A model generated the notes under the pieces. The model was not told the origin of the DNA and ran no database searches. It was given only the letters and a program-made list of their open reading frames with translations. Below, piece by piece: positions 16,189 to 24,625 of a stretch of DNA of 42,462 nt. This DNA is from Escherichia phage 26, in sequence record NC_073320.1; one strand, 5' to 3'. Both the position numbers and the translations under genes were made by a program. Position 1 is the stretch's first letter, and each line of letters opens with the position of its first letter.

Positions 16189-17423
16189 TGGATATTCCAT
16201 TAACAGAACCCCAACAGGACTTTGTATTCAGTACAAAAACACATCCGGCTATTGTCGCAGGACTGGGGGCCGGCAAGTCCCGGGCGGCCACTATGCGTCT
16301 CCTGTATCTCATGTTGCGCGAGCGCGGGATAAATACCCTGTACACCATGCCTACATATGACCTGTTGAAGCTGCGCGCCATCCCCGGTGTGGTTGATGAC
16401 CTGAATATGATGGGGCTTAAGTATGACCTCAACAAATCGGAATACAGTATCCACGTTAAGGGGTACGGCACTATGTTTTTCAGGTCATACGACAACCCGA
16501 ACCGTCTAATCGCTTTTGAAGTAGCCCATTCTGTCGCCGATGAACTTGACGTTCTTACTAAAGAACAGGCATCTCTGGTGTGGCGTAAAATTTCAGAGCG
16601 TACCCGACAGCCTTGCAGAGGGGGTAACAGTATTGCTGCTGTGACCACCCCTGACCAGGGATTCTCTGGATTTGTGTATGACTATTGGGTTACTAACGCC
16701 GATAGTTCTACGGAACTGATTAAGGCTTCTACGTTGTCGAACCCCTATTTACCTGATGGCTACGTCGAACAGATACGCAGGAACTACGACGCGGCTTTAG
16801 CCGATATGTATATCAACGGTGAATTTGTCAGTTTGACGGCCAATAAGGTGTATCACTATTTCAAACGAAGCACCCATGACTCCACTCGCACCTTGCAGAA
16901 CGGGGACGCTCTGCACATAGGGCTGGACTTTAATATCGGTGGATGTTGCGCCACTGTGAGCGTTATCGAAGACGGCAACCCGACGGTGGTTGATGAGTTT
17001 GTTAGCCATAATACCGACGACTTCGTTAATAATGTGAGGATACGGTACCCAGGCCATACGGTTACGGTTTACCCTGACGCCTCGGGCCGCTCAGGCCACA
17101 CTAATGCATCATTATCCGACATAGGTATCATAGAAAAGGCGGGTTTACGTGTTAATGCCCCAAGTAAGAACCCATTCGTTAAAGACAGAATAAACGCGGT
17201 TAACGCTCTTTTGTCGCATAGCCGTTTGAGGGTTAACACTTCAAAATGCCCTAAATTAACGCAGTCACTGGAGACGCAGGGGTATAACGATAATGGTGAA
17301 CCGGAGAAGTTCAAAACACACCCGGCTATTGACGACTGGAACGACAGTTTAGGTTATTGTATGCATAGGCTGTTCCCTGTTGTTCGCCCTGTTATCAATA
17401 CACCAGTTCGTTTCGCAATTTAA
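16188..17423 (+). CDS. terminase large subunit
   Basis: 411 aa; Walker A GLGAGKS; upstream of portal. Confidence 0.8.
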   Translation: MDIPLTEPQQDFVFSTKTHPAIVAGLGAGKSRAATMRLLYLMLRERGINTLYTMPTYDLLKLRAIPGVVDDLNMMGLKYDLNKSEYSIHVKGYGTMFFRSYDNPNRLIAFEVAHSVADELDVLTKEQASLVWRKISERTRQPCRGGNSIAAVTTPDQGFSGFVYDYWVTNADSSTELIKASTLSNPYLPDGYVEQIRRNYDAALADMYINGEFVSLTANKVYHYFKRSTHDSTRTLQNGDALHIGLDFNIGGCCATVSVIEDGNPTVVDEFVSHNTDDFVNNVRIRYPGHTVTVYPDASGRSGHTNASLSDIGIIEKAGLRVNAPSKNPFVKDRINAVNALLSHSRLRVNTSKCPKLTQSLETQGYNDNGEPEKFKTHPAIDDWNDSLGYCMHRLFPVVRPVINTPVRFAI

Positions 17424-17435
17424 GAGGATTATTCA

Positions 17436-18908
17436 ATGTTAACTATGAACGGTCAGAATCAGGGTGTTAAGACTAAACACCGGGAATGGCTGCACCACTT
17501 TAGTAAATGGCAGAAGGTGCGTCATGCCTTAGAGGGCGACCTTATTCGCTATCTGCGCAACGTCGGGAAGAACGAACCAGACCAGACCTACGCAGCCCAG
17601 CGCCAGGAAGAATACGAGAACGGCGCTATCTGCTACAACTTCACCAAGAGAACGCTGGCTGGGATGGTCGGCAGTGTCATGCGCAAAGACCCTGAACAGA
17701 TTATCCCGCCTGAGATGGAATATCTGCTACGTAATGCCGACGGTTCCGGTGTCGGACTGTGGCAGCACGCGCAGGACACGTTGATGGAGATTGACTCGGT
17801 AGGCCGCGGCGGGTTGCTGGTTGATGCACCAGAGACCGCCGCGGCAACGGCAGCCGAACAGAACGCGGGATTATTAAACCCGGTCATCGCATTCTACACC
17901 ACAGAGAACATCATCAACTGGCGACTGACACGAGTCGGTTCAGTTAACCGCGTGACAATGGTCGTGTTGCGTGAGGCGTGGGAATACTCAGAACCGGGCG
18001 CTGAGTTCGAAACAAAGTTCGGCGAACAATACCGCGTCCTTGACTTGATTGACGGTCGCTACCGCCAGCGCATTTATCGCTTCGATGCCGAAGGTGGCGC
18101 TCAGGACGAAGTAATCGAAATATTTCCGGAACTCGGCGAACAGTTACGCGGCAAAATCCCGTTCACGTTCATCGGGGCGAGCAACAACGATGCGACCATC
18201 GACGACGCACCTTTGCTGCCGTTAGCCGAGCTTAATATCGGACATTTCCGCAACAGCGCAGACAACGAGGAGTCCAGCTTCGTCGTAGGTCAGCCAACTC
18301 TGTTCATCGCCCCCGGTGAGAACATGAGCATGGAACAGTGGGCGGAAGCCAACCCCCACGGCGTGCGCATGGGGTCGCGTTCGGGCCATAACATCGGTTA
18401 CGGCGGCAACGCGTTTCTTGTCCAGGCGGGAGAGAACAACCTTGCCAAACAGAACATGCTGGATAAAGAGAATCAGGCCATCCAGATTGGTGCGCAGCTT
18501 ATCACCCCGACACAGCAAATCACCGCCGAATCGGCCCGTCTGCAACGCGGCGCTGATACGTCCGTTATGGCGACAATCGCACGTAACGTAAGCATGGCGT
18601 ATACCGATGCGTTGCGCTGGGTAGCTGCGATGCTGGGGCTGCGCGAAGACACAGAGATTGAATTCAAGCTGAACATGGAGTTCTTCCTGCAACCGATGAC
18701 CTCTCAGGACCGTGCACAGTGGATGGCAGACATTAACGCCGGTTTGCTGCCAACAACTGCTTACTATGCGGCTTTGCGTAAAGCGGGCGTAACTGACTGG
18801 ACTGATGAGGACATCCAGAACGCTATCGAGGATGCGCCGCTGCCGTTAGGTGCTGTCACTCAGGTAGCGGGAGAAATTCCGCAGTCGGCGCAACAACAAC
18901 AGGAGTAA
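17436..18908 (+). CDS. portal protein
   Basis: 490-aa ORF between TerL and head-morphogenesis gene. Confidence 0.65.
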   Translation: MLTMNGQNQGVKTKHREWLHHFSKWQKVRHALEGDLIRYLRNVGKNEPDQTYAAQRQEEYENGAICYNFTKRTLAGMVGSVMRKDPEQIIPPEMEYLLRNADGSGVGLWQHAQDTLMEIDSVGRGGLLVDAPETAAATAAEQNAGLLNPVIAFYTTENIINWRLTRVGSVNRVTMVVLREAWEYSEPGAEFETKFGEQYRVLDLIDGRYRQRIYRFDAEGGAQDEVIEIFPELGEQLRGKIPFTFIGASNNDATIDDAPLLPLAELNIGHFRNSADNEESSFVVGQPTLFIAPGENMSMEQWAEANPHGVRMGSRSGHNIGYGGNAFLVQAGENNLAKQNMLDKENQAIQIGAQLITPTQQITAESARLQRGADTSVMATIARNVSMAYTDALRWVAAMLGLREDTEIEFKLNMEFFLQPMTSQDRAQWMADINAGLLPTTAYYAALRKAGVTDWTDEDIQNAIEDAPLPLGAVTQVAGEIPQSAQQQQE

Positions 18909-18910
18909 AG

Positions 18911-18940
18911 AAAAAGGCCCCATAGCGGGGCCTTAGTTTT
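18911..18940. terminator. bidirectional terminator AAGGCCCC-ATAGC-GGGGCCTT
   Basis: 8-bp GC stem flanked by A-run upstream and T-run downstream; sits between convergent portal (+) and DnaN-like (-) genes. Confidence 0.6.
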
Positions 18941-19460
18941 ATTTAAATCTTGCGGGCATTAGCACCATATATGCAGTGTTTGAAAATGATATTTTGCATC
19001 CTCTGGTTTGGTCCTGGAAATCGAAACGAGCAATTTCATTTTTGTATGCCTTAGAAATCTTGTGCGCGTCCGCCAAGTAGGGCATGGTGAATCCTATGCT
19101 ATCAACCGCCCCAGGCGTGATGTGCGCCACACGCCGCCAGTCAGGAAATTTTCCGTCTACAACATCCACCGGAAGTGTACATATAAGCGAACGACTATCG
19201 TCATAGAAAGAAACACTGCTGTAGTCGTGGTCTACTTCCGCGTAGTTAAATTTATAAGGCTCTCTCCCTTTGATGTCTATGAGAACCCCATTCTCGACGT
19301 TTGTCTTAACATTGTCGCAGAACAATCTATGGCCGTCCGTAGACACTATCAACCCTTCCGGGTCTATGTAAAAAGCATTCAGATAGTAGCGCACATCATT
19401 TTTAGCTCTGCATATTTTTGCCCCTATATACGCAGGGAAAGTAATTACTGTAGTAATCAT
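18939..19460 (-). CDS. truncated beta sliding clamp (DnaN) homolog, 173 aa
   Basis: motifs DVRYYLN, STDGHRL, VDGKFPDWRRV, IGFTMPYL, AYMVLMPARF match domain II and the C-terminal end of domain III of bacterial DnaN (recalled E. coli DnaN); RBS GAGGAGGAG; opposite strand to flanking late genes. Confidence 0.7.
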   Translation of the reverse strand: MITTVITFPAYIGAKICRAKNDVRYYLNAFYIDPEGLIVSTDGHRLFCDNVKTNVENGVLIDIKGREPYKFNYAEVDHDYSSVSFYDDSRSLICTLPVDVVDGKFPDWRRVAHITPGAVDSIGFTMPYLADAHKISKAYKNEIARFDFQDQTRGCKISFSNTAYMVLMPARFK

Positions 19461-19485
19461 TTTAACTCCTCCTCGTTTCGATAAC

Positions 19486-19508
19486 TGAATAGTACCCTAT
19501 TATATTGG
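19486..19508. promoter_or_regulatory. 23-bp promoter-like element TGAATAGTACCCTATTATATTGG, copy 1
   Basis: identical 23-mer at 29732-29754; contains the dyad; reverse complement gives a perfect TATAAT positioned before the DnaN-like gene. Confidence 0.5.
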
Positions 19509-19561
19509 TGTCTGCAAATATTATTTTTATGCGTTACACTGGCGATACTACAGGAGGGCAC

Positions 19562-20605
19562 ATGAGCTTACTTACATCCCTAATCAGCCACCAGATTTGG
19601 CTGCAACGCACCGCATCCGGTGAAGTGAAAGACCTCGCACCGTTCATTGAGGAAATGCGGGACGAAATCAAACGGCAGGTGCTATTATTCGGCGACGACG
19701 GGCGAAGCACCGCGCGACTGAATAAACTGTTACGCGACCTGGAAGAAGCATTAACCGGGCTTACAGGAGACTGGCAAACAAAGCTGACAGAAGACCTTAA
19801 GGAACTGGCGGCGTATGAGGCAGAGTGGAACGTAAAGACACTGGCCGCCAACGTTAACGCGGAATTTGTTACACCTACCGCCGAACAGGTGTGGGCCGCT
19901 GCCGAGTTTCAGCCCTTATCATTAAGCGACAAGCCTGCCGACTTCACTAAGCTGATGTCGGGTTGGGGTGAAACGGAAGTAGCACGTCTCGTAACAGGCG
20001 TTAAGATGGGCTTTGTTCAGGGCCAAACCACGCGGCATATCGTTAAGAATGTCGTAGGCGCTGGTGGACTGGCTGACATCTCTGAACGCAACGCCGCTAC
20101 GGTAATACGTACTGCGCTGTCCCACGTATCCAACGAAGCCCGTAACGAGACATACCGACAGAACGACGACATCATTGAGAAGTACGAAATCGTCGCCACA
20201 CTCGACAGCCGTACATCAACAATATGCCGTAGCCTGGACGGGCAGGAATACGAAATCGGCAAAGGGCCGAGACCCCCTTTCCACCCTAACTGCAGAACGA
20301 CCACTGCGCCCGTAATCAGTTCAGAGTTCGACTTCCTGGATAAAGGCGCAAAACGAGCAGCTAAAGGTGCGGACGGCGGCACTCAAGTGAGCGCGGATAC
20401 CACATACTACGAGTTCCTGAAACAACAGCCGGCGTGGTTCCAGGACCAGGCGCTCGGCCCTGTTCGCGGTAAGATTTTCCGTAACAGCGGTATATCGCCG
20501 GAAGAGTTTCGCGTAATATCTGTAGATGGTTTCGGGAATCCGCTGACGCTTAAGCAGATGGCGGAACTCGATAAACGTGTTGCTGATTATCTGAAAGAGG
20601 AATAA
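19562..20605 (+). CDS. head morphogenesis / minor head protein (by position)
   Basis: 347 aa after portal; ATG 19562 after RBS AGGAGGG (track ORF starts at upstream TTG 19505). Confidence 0.5.
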   Translation: MSLLTSLISHQIWLQRTASGEVKDLAPFIEEMRDEIKRQVLLFGDDGRSTARLNKLLRDLEEALTGLTGDWQTKLTEDLKELAAYEAEWNVKTLAANVNAEFVTPTAEQVWAAAEFQPLSLSDKPADFTKLMSGWGETEVARLVTGVKMGFVQGQTTRHIVKNVVGAGGLADISERNAATVIRTALSHVSNEARNETYRQNDDIIEKYEIVATLDSRTSTICRSLDGQEYEIGKGPRPPFHPNCRTTTAPVISSEFDFLDKGAKRAAKGADGGTQVSADTTYYEFLKQQPAWFQDQALGPVRGKIFRNSGISPEEFRVISVDGFGNPLTLKQMAELDKRVADYLKEE

Positions 20606-21066
20606 TGATGGGCTTTTTCAAAGTAACTGATGCGCCGTCGCGTCGCGTAGTCCAGTACGCCCGCGTGGCTGGCTCTGGTGAGAACGTGGTGTTTATTGAA
20701 GATGAAAGTGTACTTGGTACACCAGTAGACGATATGCCGTTTGCAGATAAAACCGGCATCGCACTACCAGCGGCTGGGATGCTTTACGAGATTCCGTATC
20801 TGGCTGACGCTGGCGATGTGTATTTCTCAGTGCAACCGAAAGACACTGAACTGGTGGACGGAAGCGCAACTATCACTGTCGAAGTTAAGGCGGGCAAAGC
20901 ACCATACGCTCTGACCTGGTACAAAGACGGAAAAGAAGTGGTAAACGCCCCGGAAGAGGCTTTGTCCCTGACGGTTAACGCGGCCGGAGAATACTTCGTT
21001 AAAGTTACTGACGCCGATGGTGTAGAGGCGGTAAGCAAGGCGGCGAAGGTTACTAAGCCCGAATAA
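20605..21066 (+). CDS. Ig-like domain protein (possible decoration protein)
   Basis: LTWYKDGKEV motif shared with the 24065 ORF (QWYKDNNAI). Confidence 0.45.
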   Translation: MMGFFKVTDAPSRRVVQYARVAGSGENVVFIEDESVLGTPVDDMPFADKTGIALPAAGMLYEIPYLADAGDVYFSVQPKDTELVDGSATITVEVKAGKAPYALTWYKDGKEVVNAPEEALSLTVNAAGEYFVKVTDADGVEAVSKAAKVTKPE

Positions 21067-21141
21067 ACTGAAGCCCAGAAAGGGGCTTTTTAGTGTCTGT
21101 GATTATTCCAGTTATTCCACTCAATTGTAAATGTCGGAATA

Positions 21142-21157
21142 AACTATTCGAATAGTT
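21142..21157. repeat. perfect 16-bp palindrome AACTATTCGAATAGTT (everted copy of the dyad half-sites)
   Basis: self-complementary; overlaps a TTGACT -35-like hexamer. Confidence 0.6.
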
Positions 21158-21268
21158 GACTTTTCACTGAAAATGTGCTAAGCTCCACCTGAGCTTGTGA
21201 AGTATGAACAAGCGACCGCGGCGCGGGCAGGTAACGGAGCGGGACGTAAGTCCTGAGTGTAGTTACGC

Positions 21269-21297
21269 TGACGCGTTCGGAAGGGCCATACTATATT
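21269..21297 (+). promoter_or_regulatory. promoter-like element (TGACGC-17-TATATT) upstream of spanin genes
   Basis: -35/-10-like hexamers with 17-bp spacing. Confidence 0.35.
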
Positions 21298-21364
21298 GCT
21301 TGTATAAAAAGTAACTGGTTTACTGAGATTACGCCGTTTCTATGTTTAAATGATAAGCACTAGC

Positions 21365-21391
21365 GCCCCGCTTTAAGGCGGGGCTTTACTT
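21365..21391 (+). terminator. rho-independent terminator/attenuator
   Basis: GCCCCGC-TTTAAG-GCGGGGC then TTTACTT. Confidence 0.5.
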
Positions 21392-21408
21392 ATCGAGAAA
21401 GGGGAAAC

Positions 21409-21795
21409 ATGAATCTTAAAGCAACTGTCGTAGCGGGAGCATGTTTCATAGTCCTGGCTTACGCGCACGGCATCTACCAATACCGCGGCGGCTGGAACGA
21501 AGGCCGGGCGAATCTCGTTTCGCAGCAACAGCAGAAAGCACAGGCTGAGTTAGCGAAGAAAACACAACGGCAGCAGCAGGATGAATCGAAGGCCGCAGCC
21601 GCCGACAACGAAGGCAAGACGAAATCAGAGGTGATTACCCGTGAAGTCGTTAAGTACATTAAAACGCCTGGTCGCAGCGTGTGCACTTTCGACGATACTC
21701 GCGTCCTGCTCAAGTCCCGCGCCGTCGCAAACGCCAATTCCATCCCCGGATACGACAATGATGCAGCCGCCGTGCAAGCTGGCACCCCCAAGTAG
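21409..21795 (+). CDS. i-spanin (Rz-like)
   Basis: N-terminal TM LKATVVAGACFIVLAYAHGIY, Gln/Lys-rich coiled-coil, periplasmic C-terminus; contains embedded lipoprotein gene. Confidence 0.6.
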   Translation: MNLKATVVAGACFIVLAYAHGIYQYRGGWNEGRANLVSQQQQKAQAELAKKTQRQQQDESKAAAADNEGKTKSEVITREVVKYIKTPGRSVCTFDDTRVLLKSRAVANANSIPGYDNDAAAVQAGTPK

Positions 21796-21904
21796 CGACG
21801 CTGACGAGGATTTAGCTATCGACGCCCAGAACGCCGAATGTGTACGGCAACTGAGGCTGAAAGTGTTCATGTTGCAGGATTACGTGAGGAATATTCTGGA
21901 ATAG
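21641..21904 (+). CDS. o-spanin (Rz1-like lipoprotein), out of frame within and extending past the i-spanin gene
   Basis: signal peptide with lipobox ILASC, Pro-rich mature region, GTG start after GAGGTG. Confidence 0.55.
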   Translation: MKSLSTLKRLVAACALSTILASCSSPAPSQTPIPSPDTTMMQPPCKLAPPSSDADEDLAIDAQNAECVRQLRLKVFMLQDYVRNILE

Positions 21905-21986
21905 TTGCCTTGCATGTTGGAATAATTTATTCTTGACATGTAAATCCGGGTGGCCCGGGTTCCAACGTCCAGGGGACATACTGACT

Positions 21987-22688
21987 ATGAATCGTTTTTT
22001 ACGTTATCCGTTCCAGGAAGAAGCTGGGGCAGAAGATAAAGCTGGCGGCGGTGACGCGCCGAAAATGTTCACTGTTGAAGAAGTTCAGGCGCTGATTGAG
22101 AAAGAAGTTGCCGGGCTTAAGGCCAATCAGGAAGCGTTGCTGGCGGAGAAGAAAGAAGCCGCACGTAAAGCAAAAGAGGCTGAAGAAGAACGGCAGCGCG
22201 CACACCAGGAGGCGTTAAAAGCCGCTGGTAAGATGGATGAGTTCGAAAAGACGATTCGTAGCCAGTATGACCCGGTGTTAGCCGAGAAAGATGGGCGCAT
22301 CTCCAAAATGGCGGAGCGCATCCTCGGCAGCGAACGTAAAGCGGTGTTAGGCTCTTTCGCGGGTGACTTTATTACCCCGGAAGCAGTAGACATTCTTGCA
22401 CCGTTCGTTAAGACTGAGTTCGAAGGCGATGATGTGGTTACTAAGTTTGTCGGCGCAGATGGCAACGTAATCACGACTGACCCGGAACAGTTCCGCAAAT
22501 ACCTGCGCGAACACAAAGCGTTTTCGCATTTGATTAAAGCAAATGCAGCTTCCGGCGGCGGGGCTTCCGGTAGCAAAGGCGGCGGGGCCGCACCAGCGTT
22601 TAAAGACATGAGTGAAGCGGAGCGTTTAGCTCTGTATAAATCGAACCCTGCCGAATTTGAACGGCAACTTAAAGCCCTGAGGAAATAA
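21987..22688 (+). CDS. scaffolding protein (by position and composition)
   Basis: 233 aa, Ala/Glu/Lys-rich helical, directly upstream of major capsid gene. Confidence 0.55.
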   Translation: MNRFLRYPFQEEAGAEDKAGGGDAPKMFTVEEVQALIEKEVAGLKANQEALLAEKKEAARKAKEAEEERQRAHQEALKAAGKMDEFEKTIRSQYDPVLAEKDGRISKMAERILGSERKAVLGSFAGDFITPEAVDILAPFVKTEFEGDDVVTKFVGADGNVITTDPEQFRKYLREHKAFSHLIKANAASGGGASGSKGGGAAPAFKDMSEAERLALYKSNPAEFERQLKALRK

Positions 22689-22690
22689 TA

Positions 22691-23740
22691 ATGGCAATTA
22701 CCACTATCGGCGATATCGTAACTGGCAACATCCCGGTCCTGGCGTCTTATATGACTGAGGACCCGGTAGAAAAAACCGCGTTCTTCCAGTCTGGTATTCT
22801 GACCCCGACCCCATACGCTGCCGAGATTGCCCGCGGCCCGTCCAACATCGCTAATATTCCGTTCTGGAAAGCGATTGATACCTCTATCGAGCCGAACTAC
22901 TCGAACGACGTATACCATGACATCGCAACCCCGCGTAACGTGCAGACCGGTGAGATGATGGCGCGCGTTGCATACCTGAACGAAGGTTTTGGCCAGGCCG
23001 ACCTGACTGTCGAACTGACCAGCCAGAACCCGCTGCAATCCGTAGCGTCCCGTCTGGATAACTTCTGGCAGCGTCAGGCGCAACGCCGTCTTATTGCTAC
23101 CGCACTCGGTCTGTACAACGACAACGTAGCCGCTACTGATGCTTACCACGAGCAGAACGACATGGTTATCGACGTGTCCGCTACTCTGGGTTTCGACGCA
23201 GGCGCGTTCATCGACGCTACCCAGACTATGGGTGATGCACTGATTGGCAACGGTGGTGAAGTGCTGGGCGCTATCGCGATGCATAGCTTCGTTTATGCGC
23301 AGGCCCGTAAGCAGCAGCTTATTGACTTCATCAAAGACGCTGACAACGACACCCTGTTCGCCACCTACCAGGGCTACCGCGTGGTTGTTGACGACAGCAT
23401 GACCGTAGTAGGTAGTGGCGGCAGCCGTAAGTTCATCTCCATCATCTTCGGCAACGGCGCTATCGGTTACGGCGAAGGTTCTCCGTCCAACCCGCTGGAG
23501 TACGAGCGCGAAGCGTCCCGCGGCAACGGCGGTGGCGTAGAAACCCTGTGGACCCGTAAGACCTGGTTGCTGCACCCGCTGGGCTACAGCTTCACCAGCG
23601 CAGTAATCACCGGCAACGGCACCGAGACCGTCGCACGTTCTGCTTCCTGGCAGGACCTGGCGAACGCTTCCAACTGGAACCGTGTTGTCGAACGTAAGCA
23701 CGTACCGATCGCCTTCCTGGTAACTGGTGTAGGGGCTTAA
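22691..23740 (+). CDS. major capsid protein
   Basis: 349 aa after scaffold gene, followed by a terminator. Confidence 0.7.
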   Translation: MAITTIGDIVTGNIPVLASYMTEDPVEKTAFFQSGILTPTPYAAEIARGPSNIANIPFWKAIDTSIEPNYSNDVYHDIATPRNVQTGEMMARVAYLNEGFGQADLTVELTSQNPLQSVASRLDNFWQRQAQRRLIATALGLYNDNVAATDAYHEQNDMVIDVSATLGFDAGAFIDATQTMGDALIGNGGEVLGAIAMHSFVYAQARKQQLIDFIKDADNDTLFATYQGYRVVVDDSMTVVGSGGSRKFISIIFGNGAIGYGEGSPSNPLEYEREASRGNGGGVETLWTRKTWLLHPLGYSFTSAVITGNGTETVARSASWQDLANASNWNRVVERKHVPIAFLVTGVGA

Positions 23741-23755
23741 GGTTAAGCTATAATC

Positions 23756-23784
23756 GAGAGGGACTTCTGTCCCTCTTTTCATTT
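23756..23784 (+). terminator. rho-independent terminator after capsid gene
   Basis: AGAGGGA-CTTCTG-TCCCTCT then TTTCATTT. Confidence 0.5.
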
Positions 23785-23799
23785 ACTAAGAGGTAAATT

Positions 23800-24054
23800 A
23801 TGGCCAAGACCGGAAAAGGCTTGCCGCGCAGCCTTGAGAATACCGATTTCAGTAGTGTTGTGCCCGAAGCAACGGCAGAAACCGCTGGACTGGTTAAGAA
23901 AGGAGCCGCAGTAACGAACATCGGTTCGCAAACCGTTACGGGTGAAGACGCCACCGCGGTTGCTACGTCCGCACAGACTGCGGTTAACGCCGTAGGCACT
24001 AAACTAAACGAACTTCTGGCGCAACTCCGCGCCGCTGGCGTAATAGAATCATAA
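23800..24054 (+). CDS. hypothetical structural protein, 84 aa
   Basis: Ala/Thr-rich ORF in head module. Confidence 0.45.
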   Translation: MAKTGKGLPRSLENTDFSSVVPEATAETAGLVKKGAAVTNIGSQTVTGEDATAVATSAQTAVNAVGTKLNELLAQLRAAGVIES

Positions 24055-24064
24055 GGGGATTAAA

Positions 24065-24406
24065 ATGGTTGATGTAATTAAACGTCGTATTACCGGGGTG
24101 TCCGCCGATACAGTAGGTGCTAAAATCGATATGGCAAATATCGCCCCAGCGTCTTTTTCTACCGCACTGAACGCTACCACAGCAGTTACAGCCGGGCAGA
24201 CTATGACACTGACCGTAGTTGTTACCGGTGGCCTAGCTCCGTACACCTACCAGTGGTACAAGGATAACAACGCCATCGCCGGGGCTACCGCAGCTACATA
24301 TGCTAAAGCGTCGACCACTACCGCCGATTCAGGCACGTATAAAGTGGTTGTTCACGATGTGTATGGTAATATTATCTCCAGCAGCACTGTAGCAACTGTG
24401 TCTTAA
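24065..24406 (+). CDS. Ig-like domain protein
   Basis: YTYQWYKDNNAIAG..GTYKVVV Ig-like signature. Confidence 0.5.
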   Translation: MVDVIKRRITGVSADTVGAKIDMANIAPASFSTALNATTAVTAGQTMTLTVVVTGGLAPYTYQWYKDNNAIAGATAATYAKASTTTADSGTYKVVVHDVYGNIISSSTVATVS

Positions 24407-24442
24407 TACAACGGCCCTTCTGGGCCGTAATAAGGAAAGGTC

Positions 24443-24622
24443 ATGGCAGATAATTACGTAATCCGCGAAAAGTACACCCACGTTGACGTTGTTGACGGTC
24501 AGGTGATGCCTGTTCGCGGTGTTGTAGAAGCGGATGAACTGGTTGTGACGCAACCAGACAACGAAGAAGCGCACAACAACGGCGGCGGTACTAAGCGTCG
24601 TCGCCGTAAGTCAGAGGAATAA
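24443..24622 (+). CDS. hypothetical protein, 59 aa
   Basis: below track cutoff; RBS AAGGAAAGG. Confidence 0.35.
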   Translation: MADNYVIREKYTHVDVVDGQVMPVRGVVEADELVVTQPDNEEAHNNGGGTKRRRRKSEE

Positions 24623-24625
24623 TTT

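Noticed and set aside
16169-16648. 159-aa minus-strand ORF overlapping small and large terminase genes
   Set aside because: Antisense to genes with a Walker A motif and operon coupling; no independent support
19505-19561. Upstream TTG start for the head-morphogenesis gene (track ORF start)
   Set aside because: The internal ATG at 19562 has a strong AGGAGGG RBS and leaves the 23-bp promoter element non-coding; the upstream extension would translate through the promoter
21142-21157. tRNA-like T-loop sequence (TTCGAAT) inside the palindrome
   Set aside because: No acceptor stem, anticodon arm or cloverleaf can be drawn around it; the palindrome is better explained as a protein-binding site
21203-21313. 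36-codon basic ORF (MNKRPRRGQVTERD..) in the non-coding island
   Set aside because: Weak RBS and no coupling; not called as a gene but noted as testable
22127-23782. 551-aa minus-strand ORF antisense to scaffold and major capsid genes
   Set aside because: Fully overlaps well-supported, coupled plus-strand structural genes; low-complexity Arg/Ala/Gly-rich translation typical of antisense frames in GC-rich coding DNA
24407-24442. Hairpin ACGGCCC-TTCT-GGGCCGT after the second Ig-like gene as a terminator
   Set aside because: No downstream U-tract; more likely a structural or RNA-stability element than a terminator
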